Below are positions 52,116 to 64,000 of a stretch of 64,000 bases of DNA, one piece after another (position 1 is the first letter of the stretch; every line of letters starts with the position of its first letter). This stretch comes from Macrostomum lignano (taxonomy: Eukaryota): the NCBI GenBank assembly GCA_002269645.1, contig NIVC01000587.1, positions 248,001 to 312,000 of the forward strand, written 5' to 3'. The position numbers were made by a program, and so were the translations under genes. Below the pieces are notes generated by a model. The model ran no database searches and was not told the origin of the DNA. It saw nothing but the letters and a program-made list of their open reading frames with translations.

Positions 52116-55100
52116 TCACCAACGAGGAGACAGTCGGTCTGGGGCGACCCCTTTGGTCGACCTGCAGCTTCGTCGGGGCTCCGGTGTAGCTTCAGCGGCC
52201 TGCTGCGGTGGTGCCGCTGCGTCTGGCCGCTGGCTATCAGGTTCCGGGTTCCGGCCGCCTTCGTCAGGGTTCCGGCCGCCTTCGTCAGGGTTCCGGTCGC
52301 CGTCGTCAGGGCTCCGGCCGGCATCGTCAGGGTCCCGGCCGCTGTCGTCAGTGTTGTCCGTAACTTCCGCCCGGCTTGGACTCGGACGCAAGCGCAGCTG
52401 ATCCCGGTGTGCCAGCACAGGCCTGTCATCCTTGTCCCGGGTGACCACGGCCGTGTTGTGGCCGGCCTGTACCACAAAGCGGACGGTCTCAGCCGGCCCC
52501 CCGGTCGCGACCGGTAGACGAGCGGCGCATCGGTGTCGAATTGGAGGGTCAGCGGACTTCGCAGCTGTCGCCCCATAAGCGCAGATGGACTGCCACGCCC
52601 GTCGCCCCGCGGAGTGGCCCGGTAGTTAAGCAGCAGCTTGGCGAGGTACGCGTCGAACCGGCCCTGGTGCACGGCGAAGGCCCGCAGCCCCTTCTTGACG
52701 GTCTGGACCATGCGCTCGGCGCACCCGTTTGACTGCGGATGATACGGCGGCGAGTGCATCGGCGAGCAGCCGATCTTCTTGAGCCACTCGTGCAGCTGCT
52801 GGTCACGGAACTCCGGAGCATTGTCCGCCACCAAGGTATGCGGCACACCCAGGCGGGAGAAAATCAGGCGGAGTACCTTGATGACCGTCGTCGCGCTCTT
52901 GTCGGCAACAGGCACCGCTTCCGGCCAGCCGGAGAAGGCGTCCACCACAATGAGCAGCAGGCCGAAGCCGGGAACGTGAGCATGGTCCATGTGCACACGT
53001 CTCCAGGGACCATCTTCAGCCGGCCAGGTGTGGCACGTTCTGGCAGGCATTGGACGGATCTCCGCGCATCGCTGGCATTGCTTGACGAAGTTTTCGACGT
53101 CCTCGCAGTGACCCGGCCACCAGGCTTCCAGCTTGAGTCGATTTCTTGTCGCTAGGGCACCGCAGTGCGAGTCGCCGTGAGCCGCTCGCAGCACGTCTTG
53201 CCGCAGCCGGCTAGGCGGGACCACCAGGTCTCTCAGGCAGACGACGCCATTCTCCACTGAGAGCTGCTGGCGGACGGCTTTATACGGTCGCTCCGCTGCC
53301 GAGCAGTTGTTCCACGCATTGCTGCGGATCCTGCGCTTGACGCTGGCGAGTACCGGGTCATTGTCAGTGGCGTCTCTGATCTGCTCCAGCTTGAGCACCT
53401 CCGTCTCTGTCCAGTGAACGAAGCTTTCCTGGCAGTCGTCTCCATCGCCTTCCTCCTTGAATTCAATTCGAGACAGCGCGTCGACATGCGGGATGCAGCT
53501 GCCCTTGATGTACGAGATTTCGTAGTCGAAGGCCGACAGCTGCAACGCCCAGCGCATGATCCTAGCCGATGTGACCTTTGGAAGCTCCCGAGACGGACTA
53601 AAAATGAACTCCAATGGTTGATGATCGCACTGGAGCACAAACTTGCTGCCGAGAAGAAAGTGTCTGGCTCTCTGAGTGGCCCACACCACAGCCAGGGCCT
53701 CCCGCTCGATATTCGAGTAATTTCTCTCAGCCGGTGTCAGCCGTCTTGACAGGTACATCACTGGGTGCTCGTCCTGAGAGAGGATTGCTGCTATGGCCTT
53801 TTCGCTGGCGTCAGTAGTCAGAGTTGTGCGCTTTCTTGCATCGAAGATTCGGACCACTGGGGAAGCTGCAAGCGCCTGCTTGAGCTCGTCAAACGCTTTC
53901 TGCTGCCGAGGTCCCCAATGGAACGCGACTTTCTTGCTCCGCAGCTCGGTCAGCGGCTCGGTCTTCTCCGAGTAGGACTTGATGTAGCGCGAGTAGTACA
54001 CCGTCATTCCCAGAAACGATTCGAGTTCCTTTTTGCTCGCCGGGGTGCTCACGCCGAGGATTTTCTCCACCAGCTTCCGATCAGGGCGCACGCCGTCAGC
54101 CGCGATGCGGTAGCCAAGGAAACTGATTTCCGTGCTGCGGAAAACGCACTTTTTTTCGTTGATTGACATGCCGGCATCAGAAAGCGCTCTCAGCAGGTCC
54201 CGGACTTTGCTGTCCAATTCGTCCGCTGTGGTGGCGCCAACGCACATGTCGTCTTGGTAGATCACCAGGTTGCTGACCGCACCGCCGACCGTTGCCTCCA
54301 TGGCAGCCTGGAACTGCGCACTGGCCGTCTTCACCCCGTATGGCATGCGCGTCCATCTGAGCAGGCCTAGGGGCGTGTTGATGGTGAGTATTTCTCTGGA
54401 GGCCTCGTCTAGCTCAATCTGGTTGTAGGCATTTGTTAAGTCTACAATTGCGAAGTGCTTCATACCTGCCAGGGCACTGAAGGCTTGCTCGATGTTGGGC
54501 AGTGGGTAGGCGTCAGAGCAGATCTTCGGGTTCACCCCGACCTTGTAGTCGGAGCAGATTCTCAGGTCTCCGTCGGCCTTGCGCACCACCACAATGGGCG
54601 ACGCCCAACTGCTGCCGCCTGGCGGCACGGGCTCGAGGATCCCGGCGTCGATCATCGTCCGCAGCTTAGCCACCACCAGCGGCTTGAGATGAATCGGGAG
54701 CGGCCGGGCATCGAAGAAGCTGGGCTGAGCGTTCTCCCTGAGCAGGACCCGAGCACGGAAACCTTTGAGCTTGCCTAGCGGTTTGCTGCTGCGCTCCACT
54801 TGATTGACAGTCGCTGTGTCCAGCTTGAAGTCCAGCACGTCTGTTCCGATGAGGCCGTGCTCCTTTGTGCATTCGGTGACCGTCACGTCCGCACAGGCGA
54901 TTTGTCTCCCGACTTCGATGAGCGCCGTGAAGCATCCTCTAGTTCTGATGACCGTTCCGTCAAATTGTCGCAGTCTCAGCTTGGACTTTCGTAGCTTGGG
55001 CTCACCGAGGCTCCTCCAGAAGTTTATCGGAATGATGCTCGCACCGGATCCAGAGTCGAGCTGCATTTTGAACGGCTTGCCTTCAATGAGCACAGTTTTT

Positions 55101-55984
55101 ATGCTGCCGCTTCCGCTCTCGTTGCCGACGATGGTGTAGATGCCTGCCTGCTCACACTCACTCGTGTCGATTTCATGGGCAGGTGCAACCGACTTGGACT
55201 TGGCGCTGCTCCTGCAGACTGCAGCAAAGTGGTTCCTGCGGTGGCACTTGTTACAGGTCTTCCCGAATGCAGGGCATTTGCCTGGCTGGTGCTGCAGACC
55301 ACACGACCTGCACTGAGCACCGCTATTGCGGTTCCTGTCGATGCTGGCAACTGGTGTCGAACTCTCAGCCGTCTCGGAGCTTCTGCTAGGCTCTCGGGCT
55401 TCAGCAGATCGGTCGCTTGAGCTGTAGCTCTGGATGAGCTCTAACTGCTGGATGTACTGCAGACACGTGTCCAGAGTCACTGGATTCTCAGAGCTCTGAA
55501 TGTGCTCAAGTGTTTTAGTCCGCTGGCTGTGGTCGCACAAGCCGCTGATCAGCAGTGTTTGGATCAAGTCATCCTCGGCTGACTGTTTGCAGTCTTTTTC
55601 GTTGAGCTTGTCAAACTCACAGTGCTTTGCCGCGTCTCTCAAGCGCTCCGCGAACTGCTGGGCCGACTCTGTTGACAGCTGCCGCTGGGACATGAACCTT
55701 GTGCGCTCTGCAATCACCAGTTTCTTTTTGGGCTGGAGTCGCCCGATGATCATTTTCTTGATGTCCTTGAAGGTCATATCCTCAATGTTTTTCGGCTTTG
55801 CCATGATAGAGACGGATCGGACTGCATTGATTCCTGCTCGAGCAAGGAAGAGGTCTGTCACCTGCTTCTCTTCGTTTGTATCTCGCAGTTTTTTGTGCCT
55901 GCACAGTGCTTCAAAACTTTGCAGCCAGGCCTCAGCCATGGCTGGATCATTGAGAGGTAATTCACTGGCTGCTTGCGACGCCAT
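52116..55984 (-). CDS. Gag-Pol polyprotein (two zinc knuckles, protease, RT, RNase H, integrase)
   Basis: CRSCGLQHQPGKC and CNKCHRRNHFAAVC knuckles; LDSGS protease; RT ..IYQDD; RNase H TTDAS/EREALA/DHQPL; integrase HHCC and D,D(35)E (HMDH, VADNA, AERMV). As given, the ORF ends at 52085. The family-typical tail (HRDQLR..PRRS.R..PDRL, stop 52116) is in another frame, reached by adding one base at the run 52497-52502. Confidence 0.93.
55969..55983 (-). promoter_or_regulatory. Primer-binding site, probably tRNA-Ser type, overlapping the gag ATG
   Basis: TGGCGTCGCAAGCAG starts 1 nt after the 5' LTR. The TGG-C-N7-GCAG layout fits a tRNA with a G discriminator and a CTGC T-stem; tRNA identity is an inference. 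Confidence 0.6.
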
Positions 55985-56238
55985 TGTCGTGTCGTGGCTG
56001 GCTAGCCAAACTTGAGCCGCAAATGGGCGAGAGGTTGTTATTTATTGTAGTTGGCATTGCACATAGATGTACATGCAGATACGAGTAAAGCATCAGCTAA
56101 TAGATTAGACGGTTAGGCATAAGCGTACATTGACAGACAGAGCAGGCGGGGAGAGAGCAAGCAGTCCTAAACTCAGCGCCAATAACAATTGGGGTGCAGC
56201 CCCACACTGCGCACTTCAAGTCAAGTCACGATACAACA
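55985..56238 (-). repeat. 5' LTR
   Basis: 254-bp direct repeat of 51854-52107. Confidence 0.95.
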
Positions 56239-56243
56239 CTATT

Positions 56244-56500
56244 CTAATCTAATCCAATCTAATCTAATCCAATCTAATCTAATCTATTCTAATCTAATCC
56301 AATCTAATCTAATCTAATCTAATCCAATCTATTCTGATCTAATCCAATCTAATCTAATCCAATCTAATCTAATCTATTCTAATCTAATCCAATCTAATCT
56401 AATCTAATCTAATCCAATCTAATCTAATCTAGTCTAATCTAATCCAATCTCATCTATAATCTAATCGAATCTAATCCAATCTATTCTAATCCAATCTAAT
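56244..56500. repeat. (AATCT/AATCC)n pentanucleotide repeat
   Basis: Abuts the right TSD. Confidence 0.93.
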
Positions 56501-57096
56501 CTCCAGCACTCCATTTGTGATTTCAGATTTTCGACTATTTGATCAATTTAGACCTTAAAATCGCCTCCATTACATCCTGAGAAACTGCTCGCCGTGAGTG
56601 GGTCAATGGCAAGAAGATTTGGTTTCATTTGGCCAACCGGAGAAAGAGATGGATGAGGGAAATGCAGAGCCCCAGATTGGCAGTGTTTTTCCTTCACAAG
56701 AAATAATTTACCTGTTGCATAATTTATGCCAGAATTCAGAATGACTTAGAGAAGCAGCTCACCGCCCCAACACCGGAGTCGGTCATTTATCGAAAAATGG
56801 GACTGTTTTTCTATTTTTCTTCTCCTCAGGATGGAGCGTCAGAAACTGGGGATGGGGGAGGCCGCATAGGAGACTGTGGGAGTCTGGCATCGTGTGAGCA
56901 GTGGACGGGGCCGTGAGCTCGTATCGGCTGAGCATACCGGATTGGCGATAAAGCGCCGATGCAAAATGCATGACGATTTTAGTGAGGTTTAGTTGCTAGG
57001 GGGCCATTTTGGTCAGGTCTGAGTCTTAATCTGCAGGCCAAAGAAGTCATGTATTTGATCATGCTTTCGTAGACACCTCGCTAATGTGAGCGCAAT

Positions 57097-57640
<544 letters not shown>

Positions 57641-58237
57641 AAGGATTGTCCAAGATGAGAACAGCCTGGACCCACCTACCCATAGATTTGGATACTGGCA
57701 GGAAGGAAAGTGCAACAACAACCCCAGTGTAGCCTGAGAGAGTTGAACTGCCCTCCGGCCTATCCATCCCCCGGGCCTACAACATGTATTTGTCTGCGCG
57801 CTCAGAAAAAAAATTCTGCCAGAGCTCAAGGATCGGCGACTGTGGCGGAGCAGCGATTGGCACGAAAGAATGTTTGCTTATTCTCTCTGCTTTTTTAATA
57901 TTTTTGCCTGCCGGGCCCGGTCGAGTGTTCTCCAGGGCTGTGGGCTGGGGGCGGGCTCGGTAGGAGAGCGGGAAAAAAACTCGATTTCTCAGGCCCTGCT
58001 GACCCGCAGATGAAGAGTTTGCGAAAAATTTCAGATCGATTGTCTATCTATTTATCCTGAAGGATTCTACTTGTTTATTGTTTGTCCAAGGGGAGAATTT
58101 CCTCTGAGTCTCCACTGTGTTTCTGGTGCTGATTCTCAGCCGGTGGAGCGAGTGCAGTTCGTTTGAAAATGAATAGTTAGTTACTTCATGATTTTATACC
58201 AGTATTTAATTGTATAATTCTTTAGATTTTACGAAGT

Positions 58238-59055
58238 AGTCTATGGCCTAGACCAATAGCACTCGGATATTGTGTGCACGCTCGGCAATGCAGTTCAATA
58301 GTCTATGGCCTATAGACAAATAGCACTCGGATATTGTGTGCACACTCGGCAATGCAAACCAATAGTCTATGGCCTAGACCAATAGCACTCGGATATTGTG
58401 TGCACGCTCGGCAATGCAGTTCAATAGTCTATGGCCTAGACAAATAGCACTCGGATATTGTGTGCACGCTCGGCAATGCAAACCAATATTCTATAGCCTA
58501 GACCAATAGCACTCGGATATTGTGTGCACGCTCGGCAATGCAAACCAATAGTCTATGGCCTAGACCAATAGCACTCGGATATTGTGTGCACGCTCGGCAA
58601 TGCAAACCAATAGTCTATGGCATAGACCAATAGCACTCGGATATTGTGTGCACGCTCGGCAATGCAAACCAATAGTCTATGGCCTAGACCAATAGCACTC
58701 GGATATTGTGTGCACGCTCGGCAATGCAAACCAATAGTCTATGGCCTAGACAAATAGCACTCGGATATTGTGTGCACGCTCGGCAATGCAAACCAATATT
58801 CTATAGCCTAGACCAATAGCACTCGGATATTGTGTGCACGCTCGGCAATGCAAACCAATAGTCTATGGCCTAGACCAATAGCACTCGGATATTGTGTGCA
58901 CGCTCGGCAATGCAAACCAATAGTCTATGGCCTAGACCAATAGCACTCGGATATTGTGTGCACGCTCGGCAATGCAAACCAATAGTCTATGGCCTAGACC
59001 AATAGCACTCGGATATTGTGTGCACGCTCGGCAATGCAAACCAATAGTCTATGTC
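58238..59055. repeat. 62-bp minisatellite (about 13 copies)
   Basis: Unit AGTCTATGGCCTAGACCAATAGCACTCGGATATTGTGTGCACGCTCGGCAATGCAAACCAAT; no unique spacers. Confidence 0.95.
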
Positions 59056-59486
59056 TATGACTTAGACCATTTAGCGAAGGCGCCAACATTCTGTTGTCAA
59101 ATTTTGCAACACTCCAAGTTCGAAGCACTGGGCAATTTCTCAGGTTTGTTATACTTCGCAAAGGAGATGGAGACTGATGAGTACAGAAAAAGTTGATGAC
59201 AAATTCGTTGCTGCCGCAGCAATTAGGACCGGATTGTGTCCCTGCCGTCAGCTGGGGAGCAGATCCCGGACGGACCGGACAGGGGGAAAGGTGAGTGGAC
59301 TCGACTGAAGCCTTCCAAGAGAGCTGGGTGGGTCTGCACTCGACATTTCTCCCACGGATTCGGGATTAGCTAGTAGTAATTCTGGGAATAACCGACTTGC
59401 TTAGAGCCGCTTGCAGTTTTGGGCATATAGTGGATTAACAGTGCGGCTTGTTCCACTGAGTAGGATAAAATGGCCTGAGATATTAG

Positions 59487-59541
59487 CAGGCAGGCAGGCA
59501 GGCAGGCAGGCAGACAGACACTAAGGCAGGCAGACAGACAC

Positions 59542-59582
<41 letters not shown>

Positions 59583-59651
59583 TACTAAGACAGACAGACA
59601 GGCAGACACTAAGACAGGCAGACAGACACTAAGACAGACAGGCAGACACTA

Positions 59652-59688
<37 letters not shown>

Positions 59689-59751
59689 CTAAGACAGACA
59701 GGCAGACACTAAGACAGACAGACAGACACTAAGACAGACAGGCAGACACTA

Positions 59752-59788
<37 letters not shown>

Positions 59789-60083
59789 CTAAGACAGACA
59801 GGCAGACACTAAGACAGACAGACAGACACTAAGACAGACAGACAGACACTAAGACAGACAGACAGACACTAAGACAGACAGACAGACAGACACTAAGACA
59901 GACAGACAGACACTAAGACAGACAGACAGACACTAAGACAGACAGACAGACACTAAGACAGACAGACAGACACTAAGACAGACAGACAGACAGACACTAA
60001 CACAGACAGACAGACACTAAGACAGACAGACAGACACTAAGACAGACAGACAGACAGACACTAAGACAGACAGGCAGACACTA

Positions 60084-60116
<33 letters not shown>

Positions 60117-60139
60117 CTAAGACAGACAGACAGACACTA

Positions 60140-60180
<41 letters not shown>

Positions 60181-60270
60181 CTAAGACAGACAGACAGGCA
60201 GACACTAAGACAGACAGACAGACACTAAGACAGACAGACAGACACTAATACAGGTAGACAGGCAGACAAG
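59487..60270. repeat. (AGGC/AGAC)n compound microsatellite with CACTAAGA interruptions
   Basis: Direct reading of the sequence. Confidence 0.95.
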
Positions 60271-61044
60271 AGATAGAAAACTCACCTGAGTTGGATTTGT
60301 CCCAGCCTTTCTCTTCTCAGCCTTGTGTGCGAATGTCCTGAAAGTTTTTGCCTCCAGCCCCGCCGGTCTGATTAAAAATAAAAATCCTGGACCATTTCAC
60401 TTTCCTTTTGATAAAAGTTACTTTAATCTGATTGGCTGACGGATGCTACATAGAAATTTTGGTTTTTATGTTTTCCTTAGAGCCTACTGATAGTAGAATA
60501 GTGGATTTTTTATCTCGCAACTGCTTCGTACAATTTCGCCCGCATGTTCGGCAGGTTCTGCTGTCTGGCTAAGGTTGTGAAAAAGCAGCATTCCACGTTA
60601 GTCACTGAAGCAGCTGGAGATTCGTGAATCATGTTCCGCTGATGGGAATCAATTTTTCATTAGATTGATCTTTTTAATTTAATTTATGAATTCGGTGCAT
60701 CAATTTTTGCGAGTGAATAGACACAAGATAAATCTTTGAATTTTGAACTGAGTTGAATAGATTCAATGGGACGCTGTCACTCCTTTGTAGTCGGATAGAA
60801 GCTTGATTGAAACTGTTCAATAATATCCATTGAAAACAATGAGACCCACCAATCTGATGGTGCATCGCTAGGCCTAATGGCAACCTGCATTTCGATTTTT
60901 AACTCTAGGAAAAACTCAGGAAAAAGGATTTAGTTTAAAAATAAAAAAGTAATTATGAAATTCATACTGTGAAAAGATGCAGAATACCTCGGTGTAGCAA
61001 AAATGAGGGCGGGAGGGAGATGGAAAACTGAAGTGAAAGGGAAG

Positions 61045-61546
<502 letters not shown>

Positions 61547-61954
61547 CTGCCATCAGCGGCAATGAAATCCCTGACTGGATGGCCTGAGGCTTGCCGACAA
61601 ATCACAGTTGATCAGTTGCCACGGTGCTTCAGATCGCCTATGAGTTCCGCCCTCGAAATTTCGCTTCCTTCACATTTCCCGTTTTGATTCCTCAGCCGCC
61701 AGCCCCGAATCTCCGTCACTAACTGATCCAGTCAGTGTTGGTTCTTCTCTGCGCAGCCGACTGCATATTTGAGCGAGAATTGGTGAGCCTAAACTGACCG
61801 CGTACTTTCGCTGCAAAATGCCAGAAAGACAGGAATTTTCTTTTTTTAGCGCTTAGCTCCCAATGTCTCACTTTCTGGACTTCCGAACTGCAAATTAAGC
61901 AAACGTGTGCTTTTCATTCACACATTCAAACAACAGTCAAACAAATTGAAACTT

Positions 61955-62515
61955 ATTCAAACACATTCAAACACATTCAAACAGATTCAAACACATTCAA
62001 ACACATTCAAACACATTCAAACACATTCAAACACATTCAAACACATTCAAACACATTCAAACACATTCAAATACATTCAAACACATTCAAACACATTCAA
62101 ACACATTCAAACACATTCAAACACATTCAAACACATTCAAACACATTCAAACACATTCAAACACATTCAAACACATTCAAACACATTTAAACACATTCAA
62201 ACACATTCAAACACATTCAAATACATTCAAACACATTCAAACACATTCAAACACATTCAAACACATTCAAACACATTCAAACACATTCAAACAGATTCAA
62301 ACACATTCAAACACATTCAAACACATTCAAACACATTCAAACACATTCAAACACATTCAAACACATTCAAACACATTCAAATACATTCAAACACATTCAA
62401 ACACATTCAAACAGATTCAAACACATTCAAACACATTCAAACAGATTCAAACACATTCAAACACATTCAAACACATTCAAATACATTCAAACACATTCAA
62501 ACACATTCAAACACA
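61955..62515. repeat. (ACACATTCAA)n 10-bp repeat
   Basis: About 55 copies. Confidence 0.95.
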
Positions 62516-62994
62516 AACAAAATTGTTAATGAAAGGCTGCCGCTATTTCATTATAATCCGTACAGCAGTTTAGGTAAACCTGTATAACTTTTCTAAGAAA
62601 ATTAAGCCCCCCCCCCAGCGTCCCCTAGTCTGGACACTTGGTAATAAATTCTGTAGGAGAAAAATTGGTGCTAAGAAAGTGAATTTCCTTTCTCATTCTG
62701 TGGGATGCAATAAGTTGCCGGAGTCACCAGCTGACTGTGTCAAGAGGCTCTCGTCATAAACTCTCCAATGAGCCAATTTTCTGCAGAACTGAAAGTTCCA
62801 CTGCACTGGACAAACACATTCCGATATTTTTGCACATACTACATTGGGGAGATTGAGAGTTGTGCGACACTTCAACGGATGAAAATAATTGCGTGATCAG
62901 TCAGCAAGCACTTGCACTATAAACGGAACTACAAGGAAACACTACAGCTTGTACAACGCTGTTTAAAAATTATCTATCTGCTGTTGTTTACAGG

Positions 62995-63950
62995 AAATTG
63001 TGAGCATGTGCTACTGTGTACATGACATTGTGAGCATGTGCTACTGTGTACATGATACTGTCAGCATGTGCTACTGTGTACATGGCATTTTGAGAATGTG
63101 CTACTGTGTGCATGATACTGTGAGCATGTGCTACTGTGTACATGACATTGTGAGCATGTGCTACTGTGTACATGATACTGTGAGCATGTGCTACTCATGA
63201 TACTGTGAGTATGTGCTACTGTGTACATGATACTGTGAGTATGTGCTACTGTGTACATGATACTGTCAGCATGTGCTACTGTGTACATGATACTGTGAGC
63301 ATGTGCTACTGTGTACATGATACTGTGAGCATGTGCTACTCATGATACTGTGAGCATGTGCTACTGTGTACATGATACTGTCAGCATGTGCTACTGTGTA
63401 CATGATACTGTGAGCATGTGCTACTGTGTACATGACATTGTGAGCATGTGCTACTGTGTACATGATACTGTGAGCATGTGCTACTGTGTACATGATACTG
63501 TGAGCATGTGCTACTGTGTACATGATACTGTGAGCATGTGCTACTGTGTACATGATACTGTGAGCATGTGCTACTGTGTACATGATACTGTGAGCATGTG
63601 CTACTGTGTACATGATACTGTGAGCATGTGCTACTGTGTACATGACATTGTGAGTATGTGCTACTGTGTACATGATACTGTGAGTATATGCTACTGTGTA
63701 CATGGCATTTTGAGAATGTGCTACTGTGTACATAATACTGTGAGCATGTGCTACTGTGTACATGATACTGTGAGCATGTGCTACTGTGTACATGATACTG
63801 TGAGCATGTGCTACTGTGTACATGATACTGTGAGAATGTGCTACTGTGTGCATGATACTTGAGTATGTGCTACTGTGTACATGATACTTGAGTATGTGCT
63901 ACTGTGTACATGATACTGTGAGCATGTGCTACTGTGTACATTATAATACT
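62995..63950. repeat. 30-bp minisatellite
   Basis: Unit GAGCATGTGCTACTGTGTACATGATACTGT, about 31 copies. Confidence 0.95.
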
Positions 63951-64000
63951 GCGTACACAGAGATTTTGTCAGGTAAAAAGGCGTAATTACACGTATTGCA

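Larger units (their letters stand above)
51854..56238 (-). mobile_element. Full-length Ty3/gypsy (Mag-like) LTR retrotransposon, recent insertion
   Basis: Two 254-bp LTRs (51854-52107 and 55985-56238) with TG...CA termini, identical by eye. 5-bp TSD CTATT at 51849-51853 and 56239-56243. PBS and short PPT present. Single gag-pol ORF. Confidence 0.96.

Noticed and set aside
51999-56015. Plus-strand ORFs overlapping the retrotransposon
   Set aside because: Antisense shadows of GC-rich gag-pol codons with no domain motifs.

Overview
Eukaryotic (animal) genomic DNA. A free-living flatworm such as Macrostomum is my inference from the GC-rich coding exons, the lophotrochozoan-type GluCl and the extreme minisatellite load; the organism is not confirmed. 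I hand-spliced four multi-exon genes using GT..AG sites and phase continuity. (1) OSBP-related protein, ORP9/10/11 type (+, 3447-12319). (2) A putative N-acylated protein with a degenerate CAP/SCP domain (-, 13813-17072), preceded by RFX X-box motifs. (3) PPEF/rdgC Ser/Thr phosphatase with IQ motif and EF hands (-, 23250-27471). (4) An 11-exon anion-selective Cys-loop receptor, GluCl/GlyR-like (-, 34547-49240). Mobile DNA: a decayed piggyBac transposase, a young Ty3/gypsy (Mag-like) LTR retrotransposon with identical-looking 254-bp LTRs and a CTATT target-site duplication, an internally deleted Tc1/mariner element, three hAT-like MITE copies with GA-rich cores, and a TIR-bounded element carrying a tandem array. 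Most of the larger introns hold their own minisatellite, and several arrays are built from the splice junction itself; the clearest case is about 15 copies of an exon end plus GTGAGT donor. Most long ORFs in the track are repeat artefacts. Three single-base frameshifts at homopolymer runs suggest long-read consensus errors. No CRISPR array, rRNA or tRNA gene was recognised.
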